DNA of 64,000 nt from Candidatus Bathyarchaeota archaeon (lineage in GTDB: Archaea > Thermoproteota > Bathyarchaeia > 40CM-2-53-6 > RBG-13-38-9). Location of the stretch: NCBI GenBank assembly GCA_963807605.1, contig CAWECG010000004.1, positions 608,001 to 672,000 on the forward strand, written 5' to 3'. Made by a program: the position numbers and the translations under genes. Below are positions 62,896-64,000 of the stretch, piece after piece. How positions within the stretch are numbered: the stretch's first letter is position 1; every line of letters starts with the position of its first letter. The notes below the pieces were generated by a model. It had not been told where the DNA came from. It was given only the letters and a program-made list of their open reading frames with translations, and did not search any database.

Positions 62896-63164
62896 GTTCA
62901 CCAAAAGCTCTGACTTCTCCTTTCTTCTTCCTGATAAACCCTGACATGCTTTAGCACACGCAGAAGGGATTAGCGCTGGCTTAGATGCCGATTCCAACTG
63001 ATTTATCTCACCCACCTTTGACCAAGCTTTGCCAACGGGATGCTCTGGAAATCCCAAACTTGTTGCCTTCTTGGTAAGGAGGCTCATATCCGCATACGAA
63101 ATCTTGCCTGTCAAGCGCGTGCGCTGCCAGGTAGACCAATTAACATCTCTCCGTAACCAGTTCT

Positions 63165-64000
63165 TTATTCTTGCTTGACGGATACCGACCATTCTTCAAT
63201 ACGAAGGATGTCCTCCATACTTAACCTATACGAAATATCCTCACCAATCTCATAGTTTCTGCCTTCCATCCTAAAGAACCGATTTCCCCACGCGCTCGCC
63301 CGTGTGTTCGTACGCAATGGTGATGTGTCAAAACTGATCTCGTCGTCAAATATGACTCGGAAATAAAAACATAATCCGTCCATTGACCCAGAGCGAACCA
63401 CTCGTTTCGACGTCTCTATAAATTTGGGGAAGTCACTTTGAGACGTTAATTCGTTGAGATCAAATGCAAGAATAGCCCTTGGCTCACATAGAAAGTAGTC
63501 CAAAGCAGCGGGCCCCACCCATTTCAGCTTGTAGCCAGCAGGTTTGAACGCGTGCGCGCGTTTGAACTTATCGATTTCATCCAAATATTTTAGAAATCCA
63601 TAGTCGATATTGTTCAGTCTATTTTCCCATAAAAAAGGAACCTTATGATCCTTTCTTAGGCTGATCGGTTCAAGAAAGAGTTCAAACTTACTCGACAGGA
63701 TTCGCCCTGTTTTTTAGTAAACGATCTTTCAGATCCAAAACGTCTTGGACCATATTCTCGTTAAAAAGATTATCGCCCATCTGTTCTTGAAGAATAATGT
63801 CTACGTTCTCTGGCGGTGCAAAGTCTCGACTATTGGTCTGCACAAATTCAATATTACTTATATTGTTGTGTTCCGCAATTCTCCGTGCTACTTTAATAAT
63901 ATCTGAATGATCGATCGCATAGATTCTCTTTGGTTTTTGTTCAGCCGCATAAAATGAGAGAATTCCTGTCCCGGTGCCAAGGTCAACGACAACATCACCT
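63165..64000 (-). pseudogene. PRMT-like (protein arginine) methyltransferase; frameshift at the homopolymer 63710-63715; continues beyond the window
   Basis: VVVDLGTGTGILS, VDIILQEQMGDNLFNE double-E loop, then GRILSSKFELFLEP..DGLCFYF..FDTSP. Confidence 0.75.

Noticed and set aside
575-63192. Many short antisense and overlapping ORFs in the track
   Set aside because: Shadows of well-supported genes on the other strand or frame

Overview
Accessory region of an archaeal genome. The taxonomic call (Bathyarchaeia-like) is inference from the TATA-type promoters, AbrB/PIN, RHH and MNT-HEPN modules and the F420-type LLM oxidoreductase. The window is rich in RNA-guided (OMEGA) transposons. It holds five copies of an IS200/IS605-type tnpB-only element with rearranged RuvC (target TTAC, end TCAA) and three copies of a second tnpB family (target TTAT, end TCAC). 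It also holds an HNH-less IsrB with its upstream omegaRNA, an IS607 (serine tnpA plus a tnpB lacking the RuvC-III Asp), a truncated Y1 tnpA and a 132-bp non-autonomous mini-element. Seven of the eight IS605-type tnpB copies lie in, or within about 230 bp of, toxin-antitoxin-like modules: two interrupt toxin genes, and two have predicted guides that are the TA promoter/operator. The remainder contains ABC/MFS transporters, lipoate and redox enzymes, and two paralogous GT4 + SAM-methyltransferase + PMT-like glycosylation modules. It also has a secreted TxT-repeat protein (24 perfect 30-bp repeats), a CxxCH-bearing TolB-like surface protein and a decaying polysaccharide-modification region. Some frameshifts may be sequencing errors.
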